The notes: a model not told the origin generated them from the letters alone. A stretch of 64,000 nucleotides of DNA from an uncultured Desulfurococcales archaeon (GCA_964526225.1 CAZGLL010000006.1:1328-65327); one strand, 5' to 3'. Positions 53,642-62,614 are shown, counted from the stretch's first letter. Made by a program: numbers and translations.

Positions 53642-54769
53642 ATGATAGATAATATTTTAGCTAAGATTAGGGCTAAAGACCCGTTCTACGATGATGGCCA
53701 TGTTCTTAGCAGTATGGTTTCTAAGCCCCTAGAAATTGCCGTTAAAGCGTTCTTACAATTCATAGATACTAATGCTGGAGATTATAGCATATTTAGAAAC
53801 TTAGCTAGGATGGAAAGATATGTTATCCGAAAGCTATCCATAATTCTCGGGTGTGAAAGTAAACGCTGTAGCGGATACATTGTGTCAGGCGGTTCGGAAG
53901 CAAACTTTTTATCACTATGGCTAATTAGGAATTTTAGTAAAAATGTCAAGGAGATAAGAAGGCCTGAAATAGTGGTTTCCCCCACAACACACTACTCAGT
54001 GATTAAAGCAGCCGATGCTTTAAATATAAAGGTGAAGTACGCTAGCTTAAATGAGAATTACAAAATGGATGTTTCTTCTGTTCCCGAGAAAATATCGAAA
54101 AACACAATAGCAGTAATAGGCAATGTAGGTTCTACAGAACTAGGCTTCGTAGATGACATACAAGCTCTTTCAAAAATAGCAAGTGAATATAATGTAGCAT
54201 TACATTTAGATGCAGCCTATGGAGGATTCATTCTGCCCTTCATAAATTCCCATATTTTCCCAGGTTTCCGTTGCGAAAACGTATTAACAATAACCTCAGA
54301 TCCCCATAAGACCCTTTTCACACCTATACCTTCGGGAGGGTTTTTCGTAAAAAACAAAGCTTTATTGAAATACATTAGATTTAAACCTAAATATCTTAGC
54401 AAAACACCTTCAGAAACACTTATTGGAACACGTTGCGGAGCCTCTATAGCAGCCATTTATGCTGTAATCCGCTTTGTAGGTCTGAATAAAATAGGTAAGA
54501 TTCATAAGAAATGCTATGAAAACGCATTATACTTTTACAATAAAATCGTTAAGTCAGGCTTATTCAAAACATTCGGTAAACCTGAAACCCCCATAGTATG
54601 TTTTAAACCCTACAGTGTTAATGTAAATGATGTTTTGAAAAAACTTAGAACTAAGGGATGGATTATTTATAGGTGCAACGTGGTTAATGGATTAAGAATT
54701 GTTTTCATGCCTCATGTAAGCAGAGAAGTAATAGATGAGTTCTTTAGTGACCTCCTAGAATCTGTTTAA
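53642..54769 (+). CDS. mfnA: PLP-dependent tyrosine/aspartate decarboxylase (group II)
   Basis: LSSM, SGGSEAN, HYSVIKAA, GSTELG, HLDAAYGG, SDPHK (PLP Lys), GTRCGA. Confidence 0.9.
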   Translation: MIDNILAKIRAKDPFYDDGHVLSSMVSKPLEIAVKAFLQFIDTNAGDYSIFRNLARMERYVIRKLSIILGCESKRCSGYIVSGGSEANFLSLWLIRNFSKNVKEIRRPEIVVSPTTHYSVIKAADALNIKVKYASLNENYKMDVSSVPEKISKNTIAVIGNVGSTELGFVDDIQALSKIASEYNVALHLDAAYGGFILPFINSHIFPGFRCENVLTITSDPHKTLFTPIPSGGFFVKNKALLKYIRFKPKYLSKTPSETLIGTRCGASIAAIYAVIRFVGLNKIGKIHKKCYENALYFYNKIVKSGLFKTFGKPETPIVCFKPYSVNVNDVLKKLRTKGWIIYRCNVVNGLRIVFMPHVSREVIDEFFSDLLESV

Positions 54770-54860
54770 TATGTTTTATTTCCTTCCTAATGACATAGGC
54801 TGATGCTGTTGAAGATGTTATTTCCTCTTCATATCCGCATCTAGGACATTTAGCATAGGT
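54770..54860 (-). repeat. Exact 91-bp copy of an internal part of tfs (58918-59008)
   Basis: tatgttttatttccttcc...tttagcataggt is identical at both loci and encodes TYAKCPRCGYEEEITSSTASAYVIRKEIKH on the minus strand. Confidence 0.95.
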
Positions 54861-55054
54861 TCTCTGTTAGAAAGCCTCATTAATTCGGCGAAAATTATTG
54901 GCATGAAAATATCATTTATTGCGATTTGTAGTTCAGCTATAGTTGCTTGCTCATAACTCCATATATGGCTTAGATCCCGTACAATAATTATTGTTGCAAA
55001 AATAATGGGAACAGTCATTACGGCGATAATTACAATATCATACATTAAGATCAA
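54861..55054 (-). pseudogene. 3'-truncated PsiE-like membrane protein, fused out of frame to the tfs fragment
   Basis: Two TM segments and ...INDIFMPIIFAELM, then an abrupt switch to tfs-derived sequence at 54860. Confidence 0.5.
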
Positions 55055-55102
55055 TAATCTACCGTTTTATGTATGAAAATAGTTATGAAAAATAGCATAG
55101 TT

Positions 55103-56851
55103 TTATTCTTCTACTATGTAGTTTGGTACTATTGGTGGTAGGTTTGTTTTCTTTGCGTAGAGTTCATTTATTACTCTATGTAGAATTATTAGCAATAATA
55201 TTCCTACCGGTAACAGTATTAGTGGTGTTGTTATTCCGATAGCATATAGTAAGTATAGTATTATTCCTACACTTGCTGCTAGGATAGCGTATGGTATTTG
55301 GGTGTTAACGTGGTCTATGTGGTCTGCTCCGCTGTACATTGAGGACATTATAGTCGTATCGCTTATTGGGCTACAGTGGTCTCCGAAAATCCCCCCTGAG
55401 AAAACTGCTGCAATAGATGCGTAAGTTACTAAGTAAGCCATGTCGAGACTTTCCGGGTACTGCTGTAGTGCAAGTTTCCAAGCTAACGGTATAGCTAGTG
55501 GCATCATAATACCGAATGTTCCCCAGCTTGTACCTGTCGTGAAAGAGATGAACATTGATGCTAGAAATATTACTAATGGTGCTACTAAAGCCGATACCCT
55601 AGCCGATACAGCAGCACTTACTACGAAATCCGCAGTTCCAACAGCATCCACAGCGCTCTTAATACACCATGCTAGCACCATTACTGTATTTGCAAAAACC
55701 ATCAAATACATTCCTCTAATAGTATACTCCATGGCCTTCGAAAACGAAAGCGACCTATACATTAGTGTAAAGGCTAAAGCAAGAACATATGCGATGAAGC
55801 TTCCCCACAGCAATGCTGTTGCGGAATCAGCATTCATTAATGCTTCACCGAATGGAATAGTCCACCATTCAGCCACGCCTGCACCAGTATACCACATTCC
55901 AAGCAATGTTACTACGACCAGGGCTAGCACTGATACTGCGAACACCCATGGGGGAGTTATTTTTTCAGACCTAGGTTCGCCCAGTACTGTTTCAGTAGGC
56001 ATTAATGGTTGAGCACCGTCACGTAGAACTTTTCCTTCTTTAACAACTCTATGTTCTGCTTTAAGCATTGGACCGAAATGTCTTCTCGTAAGAACAACTA
56101 GTAGTACTAGGATAATTGCTAGGATAGAGTAAAATCTGAAAGGCACAGAGGATAGCCATGCTGCATATGGACCTATTGTTGGAGCTACCTTTAAGACACC
56201 TTCGCTAACCTCTTCTGTTAGCGAATCAAACGCGTCCTGTATCAGACCAACCTCATAACCTATCCATGTTGACACTATTGCTAACCCAGCTACAGGCGCT
56301 GCTGTTGAATCAACAATGTAGCTTAGTAGTTCACGGCTAACTCTTGACCTATCCGTTAGAGGTTTTGAAGCATTTCCGACAATGATGGTATTAGTATAGT
56401 CATCGAAGAATATTATTACTCCTAGTAACCAAGAAATAAAGCTTGCTCCTTTAGCGCTTCTCACCTTCCTACTAATTGCTTTAGCTAAAGCATGCATTGA
56501 ACCTGAGGCATATAGTAAACCAATAAACGCTCCCACAACGAAGTTGAACACTATTATTGTTGCATTCCATGAGTCCGTAATATTTTCAACAATCCATGCG
56601 AGGCTTTGTCCTGTGGCATTTATTGGGTTATACCCGGTAGCCATTAATGCGCCAATCCATATACCTGCGAAAAGTGCTGGCAGTACTTGTCTTGTAACAA
56701 TAGCCAACACTATAGCTAATATTGGCGGTAGAAGAGGAAATATAACATAAGGTCTTTCTGGCGTTGGCCCACTATACGCCAGTAGACTGATTATTAAAAT
56801 CATAACAACAGTTATGATTTTAACCATATTTGACGGCTTCATAAAATCCAC
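55103..56851 (-). CDS. NhaC-family Na+/H+ antiporter-like (probable amino-acid) transporter
   Basis: IFFDDY, YIVDSTAAPV, SFTTGTSWGT, FGDHCSPISDTTIMSS, DHIDHVNTQIPYA. Confidence 0.92.
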   Translation of the reverse strand: MDFMKPSNMVKIITVVMILIISLLAYSGPTPERPYVIFPLLPPILAIVLAIVTRQVLPALFAGIWIGALMATGYNPINATGQSLAWIVENITDSWNATIIVFNFVVGAFIGLLYASGSMHALAKAISRKVRSAKGASFISWLLGVIIFFDDYTNTIIVGNASKPLTDRSRVSRELLSYIVDSTAAPVAGLAIVSTWIGYEVGLIQDAFDSLTEEVSEGVLKVAPTIGPYAAWLSSVPFRFYSILAIILVLLVVLTRRHFGPMLKAEHRVVKEGKVLRDGAQPLMPTETVLGEPRSEKITPPWVFAVSVLALVVVTLLGMWYTGAGVAEWWTIPFGEALMNADSATALLWGSFIAYVLALAFTLMYRSLSFSKAMEYTIRGMYLMVFANTVMVLAWCIKSAVDAVGTADFVVSAAVSARVSALVAPLVIFLASMFISFTTGTSWGTFGIMMPLAIPLAWKLALQQYPESLDMAYLVTYASIAAVFSGGIFGDHCSPISDTTIMSSMYSGADHIDHVNTQIPYAILAASVGIILYLLYAIGITTPLILLPVGILLLIILHRVINELYAKKTNLPPIVPNYIVEE

Positions 56852-57165
56852 CTATTGATTATACATAATTTTTTGATTTCAATAATATAAAAACCTTGTT
56901 ATATGGTTATTATAAGAGCCTTGTTTGGCTTAACTAATAGAACAAAGCATTAAAACCTATTGTAACATCAGCTATTAGTGCTTAATTCTATTTGAATACA
57001 CCAAGTAATAAAATACCCTATAATTAAATTATTTATGAATACATTTCAGGTTCTGCACCAATTTACATATTCGTAAATCCTCACGTCCTACCTTTATAAG
57101 CTAAAAATGTTTAAACAAAATACATAATATCCGCATGTAACATATTTAGTTAAGGGAATTATGTA

Positions 57166-58245
57166 ATGTCTGGGCACTCTTTTTATTCTAAAAAGGAAGT
57201 TCTCGAAATAGTTTATAAATATACTGAAAACAGAAAGGTACCAGCTCATCCACTTCCCTTATCGTATCTTGATGAGTTAGAAGTTATTTGGGGAAAACGT
57301 TGGGGAGCTCAATCTGAGATAGGGAAGCTAAGGGAGGTTATGGTAATTAGACCAGGCGATGAAGTAGCTCCCCCAGAGGAAGACCTTGTTTTCTACCAAT
57401 TTGAGAAAAGAGTAGATGTTGAAAAAGTTAAGAGAGAATTTGAGGGTTTAATTGAAGCCATGCAGAAAGAAAATATTAAGGTTTACGATATCAGAGAGCT
57501 TTTAAGAACCGAAATGGATATTGATGAATGGATGCTTAAAGAACCATATGGTCTCCCCCATGCTAGGTTTGGTGGTCCAGGGGCTAGAGATGTAGGGTTA
57601 GTGGTTAATGGAGGAGCAATTATAGGTAGAATGTCTCTCCCATATAGACGGGGAGAAGAGTATGTTACGATGAAAGCATTAGCTAAATTGGGGGTACCAA
57701 TTCTATATACAATTAATGGTAACGGTCTATTTGAAGGAGGTAATGTAGTATGGCTTGACCCAAAACATGTTATTATAGGGAAAAGCATCAGAACAAACCA
57801 AGAAGGCATAGACCAAGTTTCATATATTTTGAAACGTTGTGGAGTCGAAGAAATATATGTAGTTCCCATTCCCGGATACCTATATAACACAAAATGGCCT
57901 GCTGGAGGATTTGCCCATCTTGATTGTGTCTTTGGATATGTTGATGACGGTCTAGCCGTTATATATCCTCCCGGTGTACCGTACGAGTTCATCGAGTATT
58001 TAAGAAGCAAAGACATAAATTTAGTTGAAGTACCACCTAATGAAGCGAGATGGTTAGCATGTAATACGTTAGCGTTAGAACCAGGAAAAATTATTCTTCC
58101 GCAGGAGTTTAAAGAAACAATACGTGCTCTTGAAAGAGAAGGAGTTGATATTATCGCAATACCATGGGAAGAGAGCAAATACCTAGGTGGGGGACCGCAC
58201 TGCTCAACCCTACCTTTAATAAGAGATCCAGGTCCCAAGCTCTAA
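57166..58245 (+). CDS. Amidinotransferase / arginine deiminase / DDAH-family enzyme
   Basis: SEIGKLREVMV, RD, FEGGN, HLDC, GGGPHCSTLPL (catalytic Cys). Confidence 0.88.
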   Translation: MSGHSFYSKKEVLEIVYKYTENRKVPAHPLPLSYLDELEVIWGKRWGAQSEIGKLREVMVIRPGDEVAPPEEDLVFYQFEKRVDVEKVKREFEGLIEAMQKENIKVYDIRELLRTEMDIDEWMLKEPYGLPHARFGGPGARDVGLVVNGGAIIGRMSLPYRRGEEYVTMKALAKLGVPILYTINGNGLFEGGNVVWLDPKHVIIGKSIRTNQEGIDQVSYILKRCGVEEIYVVPIPGYLYNTKWPAGGFAHLDCVFGYVDDGLAVIYPPGVPYEFIEYLRSKDINLVEVPPNEARWLACNTLALEPGKIILPQEFKETIRALEREGVDIIAIPWEESKYLGGGPHCSTLPLIRDPGPKL

Positions 58246-58410
58246 ATATTTTTATCTAAACTATGTTCGAGCTTTTATCATTAATTTTCATCAACTAATT
58301 ATTAAAGAAATCTAGAGGTAGTCAAACCCCCTCGTCTCGTATATCTTGTAAGAATACCCCTCATATCGATAAACCCAGTATCAACTAAGTACATTGATTT
58401 ATTTAGTAGG

Positions 58411-58445
58411 CTCTGCGACCGAGGTTGAACCCCGCCCGATTATCA
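58411..58445 (+). repeat. Decayed copy of the tRNA-Gln 3' exon (attR-like)
   Basis: 28 of 37 positions match 53571-53607 (7 transitions, 2 single-base deletions); similarity continues into the 3' flank (cataacc...cttcttc). Confidence 0.8.
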
Positions 58446-58465
58446 TAACCTTAGCTTCTTCTTTA

Positions 58466-58708
58466 ATGACATATAAGCTCTTTCAAAAATACCAAGCAAA
58501 TATAGTGATTTTAGTTGCAACTTCTGAAGAATTTATTTATCCTTCATAAATTCCCGCATTTTCAGACTTCCATTGCAAAAACATATTAGTAATAGCCTCA
58601 GATCCTCATAAAATCCTCTTCACACCTTTACCTTTCGGAGGGTTTTTCGTAAGAGACGAAGTAGAAGATATGTTCCATAGTAACCTCTTAGAAGCCATTG
58701 GTGTTTAA
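58466..58708 (+). pseudogene. Decayed mfnA paralog with large deletions
   Basis: 58591-58652 matches 54289-54350 at 54 of 62 nt (DPHK motif); in-frame TAA; C-terminal EVEDMFHSNLLEA matches EVIDEFFSDLLES. Confidence 0.85.
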
Positions 58709-58717
58709 GGTCTTATT

Positions 58718-59065
58718 TCACTCATACTCTCTCCAAGTATAACCACATTTCGTACATCTGTAAAATCTCGTAGGAGGTTCATCAGCAGCCCTAGTCTGCA
58801 TCATCCACACATATGCTTCCCTATTACCACATTTAGGGCATTCAACACCTTTAGCAATAGATGCTATTCTAGGCATTTTCACATTCTCATCAATAACCAC
58901 TATTTTCTCCTTATCTGTATGTTTTATTTCCTTCCTAATGACATAGGCTGATGCTGTTGAAGATGTTATTTCCTCTTCATATCCGCATCTAGGACATTTA
59001 GCATAGGTCCTTTTATTTTTCCTATGTGGAACCATTATACTACCGCATTTAGGGCAGAATCTCAT
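58718..59065 (-). CDS. tfs: Transcription factor S (transcript cleavage factor)
   Basis: Two Zn ribbons (CPKC..CPRC; CPKC..CTKC) and the acidic QTRAADEPPT hairpin. Confidence 0.95.
   Translation of the reverse strand: MRFCPKCGSIMVPHRKNKRTYAKCPRCGYEEEITSSTASAYVIRKEIKHTDKEKIVVIDENVKMPRIASIAKGVECPKCGNREAYVWMMQTRAADEPPTRFYRCTKCGYTWREYE
58918..59008 (-). repeat. Source copy of the 91-bp repeat, inside tfs
   Basis: Identical to 54770-54860. Confidence 0.95.
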
Positions 59066-59175
59066 AATGCAGTAACACCTCGCTAATGCTTAGTAACTAC
59101 TGAGACTACATTAGTACGTGTTGTTTTACATAAAGTTTATTGTTTACCCGATAGAGGAACAATATAGCGATAGCT

Positions 59176-60444
59176 ATGGAGTCATGCTTCATTAAAGGCT
59201 ATAAGCAAATATACGATGAAGTACATGGCTACATAGAATTTACAGAATCTGAGGAGAAAATAGTCAATAATCCATATTTTCAAAGGTTAAGAAACATAGC
59301 ACAGCTTAGTTTAACGTACTACATATATCCTGGAGCATCTCATACACGCTTTAGCCACTCAATAGGAGTAAAGCATGTTTCGGGAAAAATAGGAGAAATT
59401 CTTTGTAAACAAGGTTTCCTTTCACGTGATGAACTTAAGCTAATAAGGCTAGCTGGACTACTACATGATATAGGCCATTACCCGTTTTCACACATTCTCG
59501 AACACTCCTTTAAGGAACTTGGAGGACTAACCCATGAGGAACTTGGGGAGAAAATAATAACTGAAACTTCTATAAGCGATTCACTAAAGGCTGAAGGATA
59601 CAGTCCTAAAGAAATAGCAGATATTGCGAGAGGCAAACATAAAAATAAACTATACAACATGATTTTATCTTCAGATGTTGACGCCGATAGACTAGATTAC
59701 TTACTTAGAGATTCAATGCATACAGGAGTAGCCTACGGAAACATCGATGTTGAAAGAATAGTTAATACAATAACCGTTGATAATAATGGAAACCTGGCGG
59801 TTCTTAGGAAAGGATTGGAATCCATAGAAAACCTGTATGTTGCTCGCTTACACATGTACAGAAGCGTTTACATGCATAAGTCAGTTGTAAGTTTCGAACT
59901 CATGCTTTCAAGAGCATACACCATTCTTTATCGGAAAATAGGGTCACAGGAGGGAATAATAGGGCCCAAGGAACTTAATGAAATCCTTAATTCTGAAGAA
60001 TTCGTGTTCTTCGATGACCACTATGTACTCAATGTTTTAAGGAAATATAGGAAAGATAGGAGATTAAGTAATGTTGAGAGAAAACTTTTCGAAATGATAT
60101 TGTTTAGAAGACCTTTAAAAACGGTTTTCAATGAAAGTAGTTTTTCAAAAGCAGAAATTAAGCGTAAACATCAACAATTAATGGAGTGTTTCAGAAATAT
60201 AGAAGACTCTGATGCAACTAACTCTACAATGGTATACTATGGTGAAATCGAATTCTTCTCTAAAAAGAACGCTATTTCCGTTGTTGATAAGCCAAGGGAA
60301 AGCGGAATTCCCATTTATAATTTAAAAAAGATCACTCTACTTAGCCTACTTCCGACAGTATATGCGGTACTTAGGGTTTACACGTTTCCCGAGAAATCTA
60401 CCGAAGTGAAGAACATAATTAGTAATTGTTTCGGAAAATCATAG
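59176..60444 (+). CDS. HD-domain phosphohydrolase (SAMHD1/dNTPase-like)
   Basis: IYDEVHG, FQRLRNIAQL, HTRFSHSIG, LLHDIGHYPFSH, DADRLDYLLRDS, VYMHK. Confidence 0.92.
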   Translation: MESCFIKGYKQIYDEVHGYIEFTESEEKIVNNPYFQRLRNIAQLSLTYYIYPGASHTRFSHSIGVKHVSGKIGEILCKQGFLSRDELKLIRLAGLLHDIGHYPFSHILEHSFKELGGLTHEELGEKIITETSISDSLKAEGYSPKEIADIARGKHKNKLYNMILSSDVDADRLDYLLRDSMHTGVAYGNIDVERIVNTITVDNNGNLAVLRKGLESIENLYVARLHMYRSVYMHKSVVSFELMLSRAYTILYRKIGSQEGIIGPKELNEILNSEEFVFFDDHYVLNVLRKYRKDRRLSNVERKLFEMILFRRPLKTVFNESSFSKAEIKRKHQQLMECFRNIEDSDATNSTMVYYGEIEFFSKKNAISVVDKPRESGIPIYNLKKITLLSLLPTVYAVLRVYTFPEKSTEVKNIISNCFGKS

Positions 60445-60527
60445 GTTAAAGAAAAATATTAGCAAGAATAAAGTAATATATTGCCTCCGTAGAAGTGCTC
60501 AATAATATCTATTAGGTGTTAGAAATT

Positions 60528-62060
60528 ATGGAAACTACAGGTATGTTATTAGCTGTTAAAGTTCTCGATGTTGATACCGGAAAAGTTAGAACAGTAATTA
60601 TAAATTCTGATGATGCTTCCTTTAAAACCATTAAACCTTACGATAGAGTTAGGATTTCCTTTGGTGATAAGTCAAGAACGGCTATGGTTTTTACATCGAA
60701 AACCATTGTTAAAAGAGGCTATGTTGCAATACCTAGATCTTTAGCGAATGAGCTAGGGGTTAAGGAGGGAGATAGAGTAGGAGTGAAAGTAATTACGCAA
60801 CCGCTTTCTCTAAGCTACATAATTAAGAAACTTAATGGAGAAAAACTTCTTCCCGAAGAAATACGTGCGATAATAAAGGATGTTGTCGACGGTAACCTAG
60901 GAGATGTAGAAATGGCTGCTTTCCTTTTAGCACAATATTTCCACGGAATGAGCTCTGAAGAACTTGAATCACTAATTAGAGCTATGGTTGATACCGGAGC
61001 TAAAATCGAGTTTGAAGAACCAGTACATGATGAACATAGTATCGGTGGCGTTCCTGGAAATTCAAAAGTAGCCTTACTAACCGTTTCCACAGTAGCCTCG
61101 ACAGGATTACTAATACCTAAGACAAGCAGCAGAGCAATAACAAGCCCTGCCGGAACCGCAGATACAATGGAGATTTTCGCTCCTGTATCGTTCTCTCCAA
61201 CAGAAATAAAGGAAATAGCTACTAAAACTAAAGGCTTAATCGCATGGGGTGGTGCTTTAGATTTAGCTCCAGCCGATGACATATTCATACATGTTGAGCA
61301 TAGGTTAATGATAGATCCGCAAACACAAACGGTCGCTAGTATTTTAGCGAAAAAATTAGCAATGAGCGTATCATACCTCGTAATTGATATTCCTGTAGGT
61401 AAGGGAGCAAAAGTTGAATGTATGGATAAAGCTGAAAAGCTTGCCTCATTATTCCTAGACCAAACAGCTAGACTAGGCATTAAAGCTAAATGCGCTATAA
61501 CATATGGAGGACAGCCAGTAGGTTACTACATAGGGCCAGCGTTGGAAGCTAAAGAAGCCCTAGAATCTATGATCAATAGAAAAGGTCCTGGAAGTCTTAT
61601 TGAAAAAGCACTAGGTATTGCTGGTTTACTTTTCGAATTAACGGGTAAAGCGAAAGCGGGAACGGGGCTGGAATATGCTAAGGAACTGTTCTATAAAGGC
61701 AAAACCTATGAAAAATTTAAGGAAATAGTTGAAGCACAAGGAGGAAATCCAAATGTTAAACCAGACGATTTACCTGTAGGAGATAAAACAATAACTTTCG
61801 ATGCACCAACAGATGCCTATGTAACACATGTTGATAATACAGCAATAACCCTTATAGCTAGAGCAGCAGGAGCACCATTAGATAAGGGAGCTGGTGTTAG
61901 AATTCATGTTAAAGCCGGAGATAAGGTAAAGAAAGGAGACCCACTATATACAATCTACGCTGAATCATCAACAAAACTATCGCAAGCCTATTCTTTGTCG
62001 TTGAAGCTTAAACCTATAACTCTTGAAGGAATGATTTTAAAGGCAATACCAGAGTACTAG
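60528..62060 (+). CDS. AMP phosphorylase (thymidine phosphorylase family)
   Basis: N-terminal DPBB-like domain, HSIGGVPGNSK, PKTSSRAITSPAGTADTME, LAKK, RAAGAPLDKGAG. Confidence 0.93.
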   Translation: METTGMLLAVKVLDVDTGKVRTVIINSDDASFKTIKPYDRVRISFGDKSRTAMVFTSKTIVKRGYVAIPRSLANELGVKEGDRVGVKVITQPLSLSYIIKKLNGEKLLPEEIRAIIKDVVDGNLGDVEMAAFLLAQYFHGMSSEELESLIRAMVDTGAKIEFEEPVHDEHSIGGVPGNSKVALLTVSTVASTGLLIPKTSSRAITSPAGTADTMEIFAPVSFSPTEIKEIATKTKGLIAWGGALDLAPADDIFIHVEHRLMIDPQTQTVASILAKKLAMSVSYLVIDIPVGKGAKVECMDKAEKLASLFLDQTARLGIKAKCAITYGGQPVGYYIGPALEAKEALESMINRKGPGSLIEKALGIAGLLFELTGKAKAGTGLEYAKELFYKGKTYEKFKEIVEAQGGNPNVKPDDLPVGDKTITFDAPTDAYVTHVDNTAITLIARAAGAPLDKGAGVRIHVKAGDKVKKGDPLYTIYAESSTKLSQAYSLSLKLKPITLEGMILKAIPEY

Positions 62061-62614
62061 AGAGACACTTTTTTCAACAAAAATATTTTACCGTCACTTG
62101 CCGCAATAACTTCCACATCACGGTTAACATAAGCCCAACCTACTGTTGCACAAACAATGGCATCTAAAATGTCTTTACTTAGTTTTTCCAAAACAACATC
62201 ACCTAGGTTAATGTATTTTGAAAGAGCATCCTTGACACTATTTAATCCTGTGTTTTTAAGTGCGCTTCTAGGATGTGTTTCTAAGACTTTTATCCCCCTT
62301 TTCTCACAGTAATCCTTAATCTTTAATGCTCTAAAAACAAGCTTTCTCATACCCTTCCAACTTGGAGGAAGCACTTTAAATCCTCTCTTAATCATTTCCC
62401 TATCAACTTCCCTAAACCCCTTGGACATAGAGAGCGGAGCATCTATTACAACAACTTGGGGTTTAAGCTTTCTAACAATGTACTCAATTTCCTCATCACC
62501 GTGGACTATTCCGTATTCTACAAGAACACCGTCTATAACTATAGCGTAACCTGTGGGGTTCTTAGGGGATCCTGAAAGGTCAAGACCTAGAATTCTCCAT
62601 TCCCTAAACATCAT
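62057..62614 (-). CDS. DUF429 family RNase H-like predicted nuclease
   Basis: GLDLSG, IDAPLS, FREVDR, ETHP, DAIVCA. Confidence 0.85.
   Translation of the reverse strand: MMFREWRILGLDLSGSPKNPTGYAIVIDGVLVEYGIVHGDEEIEYIVRKLKPQVVVIDAPLSMSKGFREVDREMIKRGFKVLPPSWKGMRKLVFRALKIKDYCEKRGIKVLETHPRSALKNTGLNSVKDALSKYINLGDVVLEKLSKDILDAIVCATVGWAYVNRDVEVIAASDGKIFLLKKVSL

Larger units (their letters stand above)
53571..58445. mobile_element. Degenerate tRNA-Gln-anchored integrated island (no intact integrase)
   Basis: Bounded by the tRNA-Gln 3' exon and a decayed direct copy of it (58411-58445). Carries transporter/amidinotransferase cargo and an AT-rich spacer. Confidence 0.7.

Noticed and set aside
57483-58238. 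251-aa antisense ORF over the amidinotransferase
   Set aside because: Fully overlaps a well-supported gene on the other strand, has shadow-ORF composition and no motif.
60815-61480. 221-aa antisense ORF over AMP phosphorylase, and similar shadows over cdc48, ppsA, rgy, polB1, kaiC and nhaC
   Set aside because: Ser/Thr/Ile-rich reverse-frame shadows of highly conserved genes.
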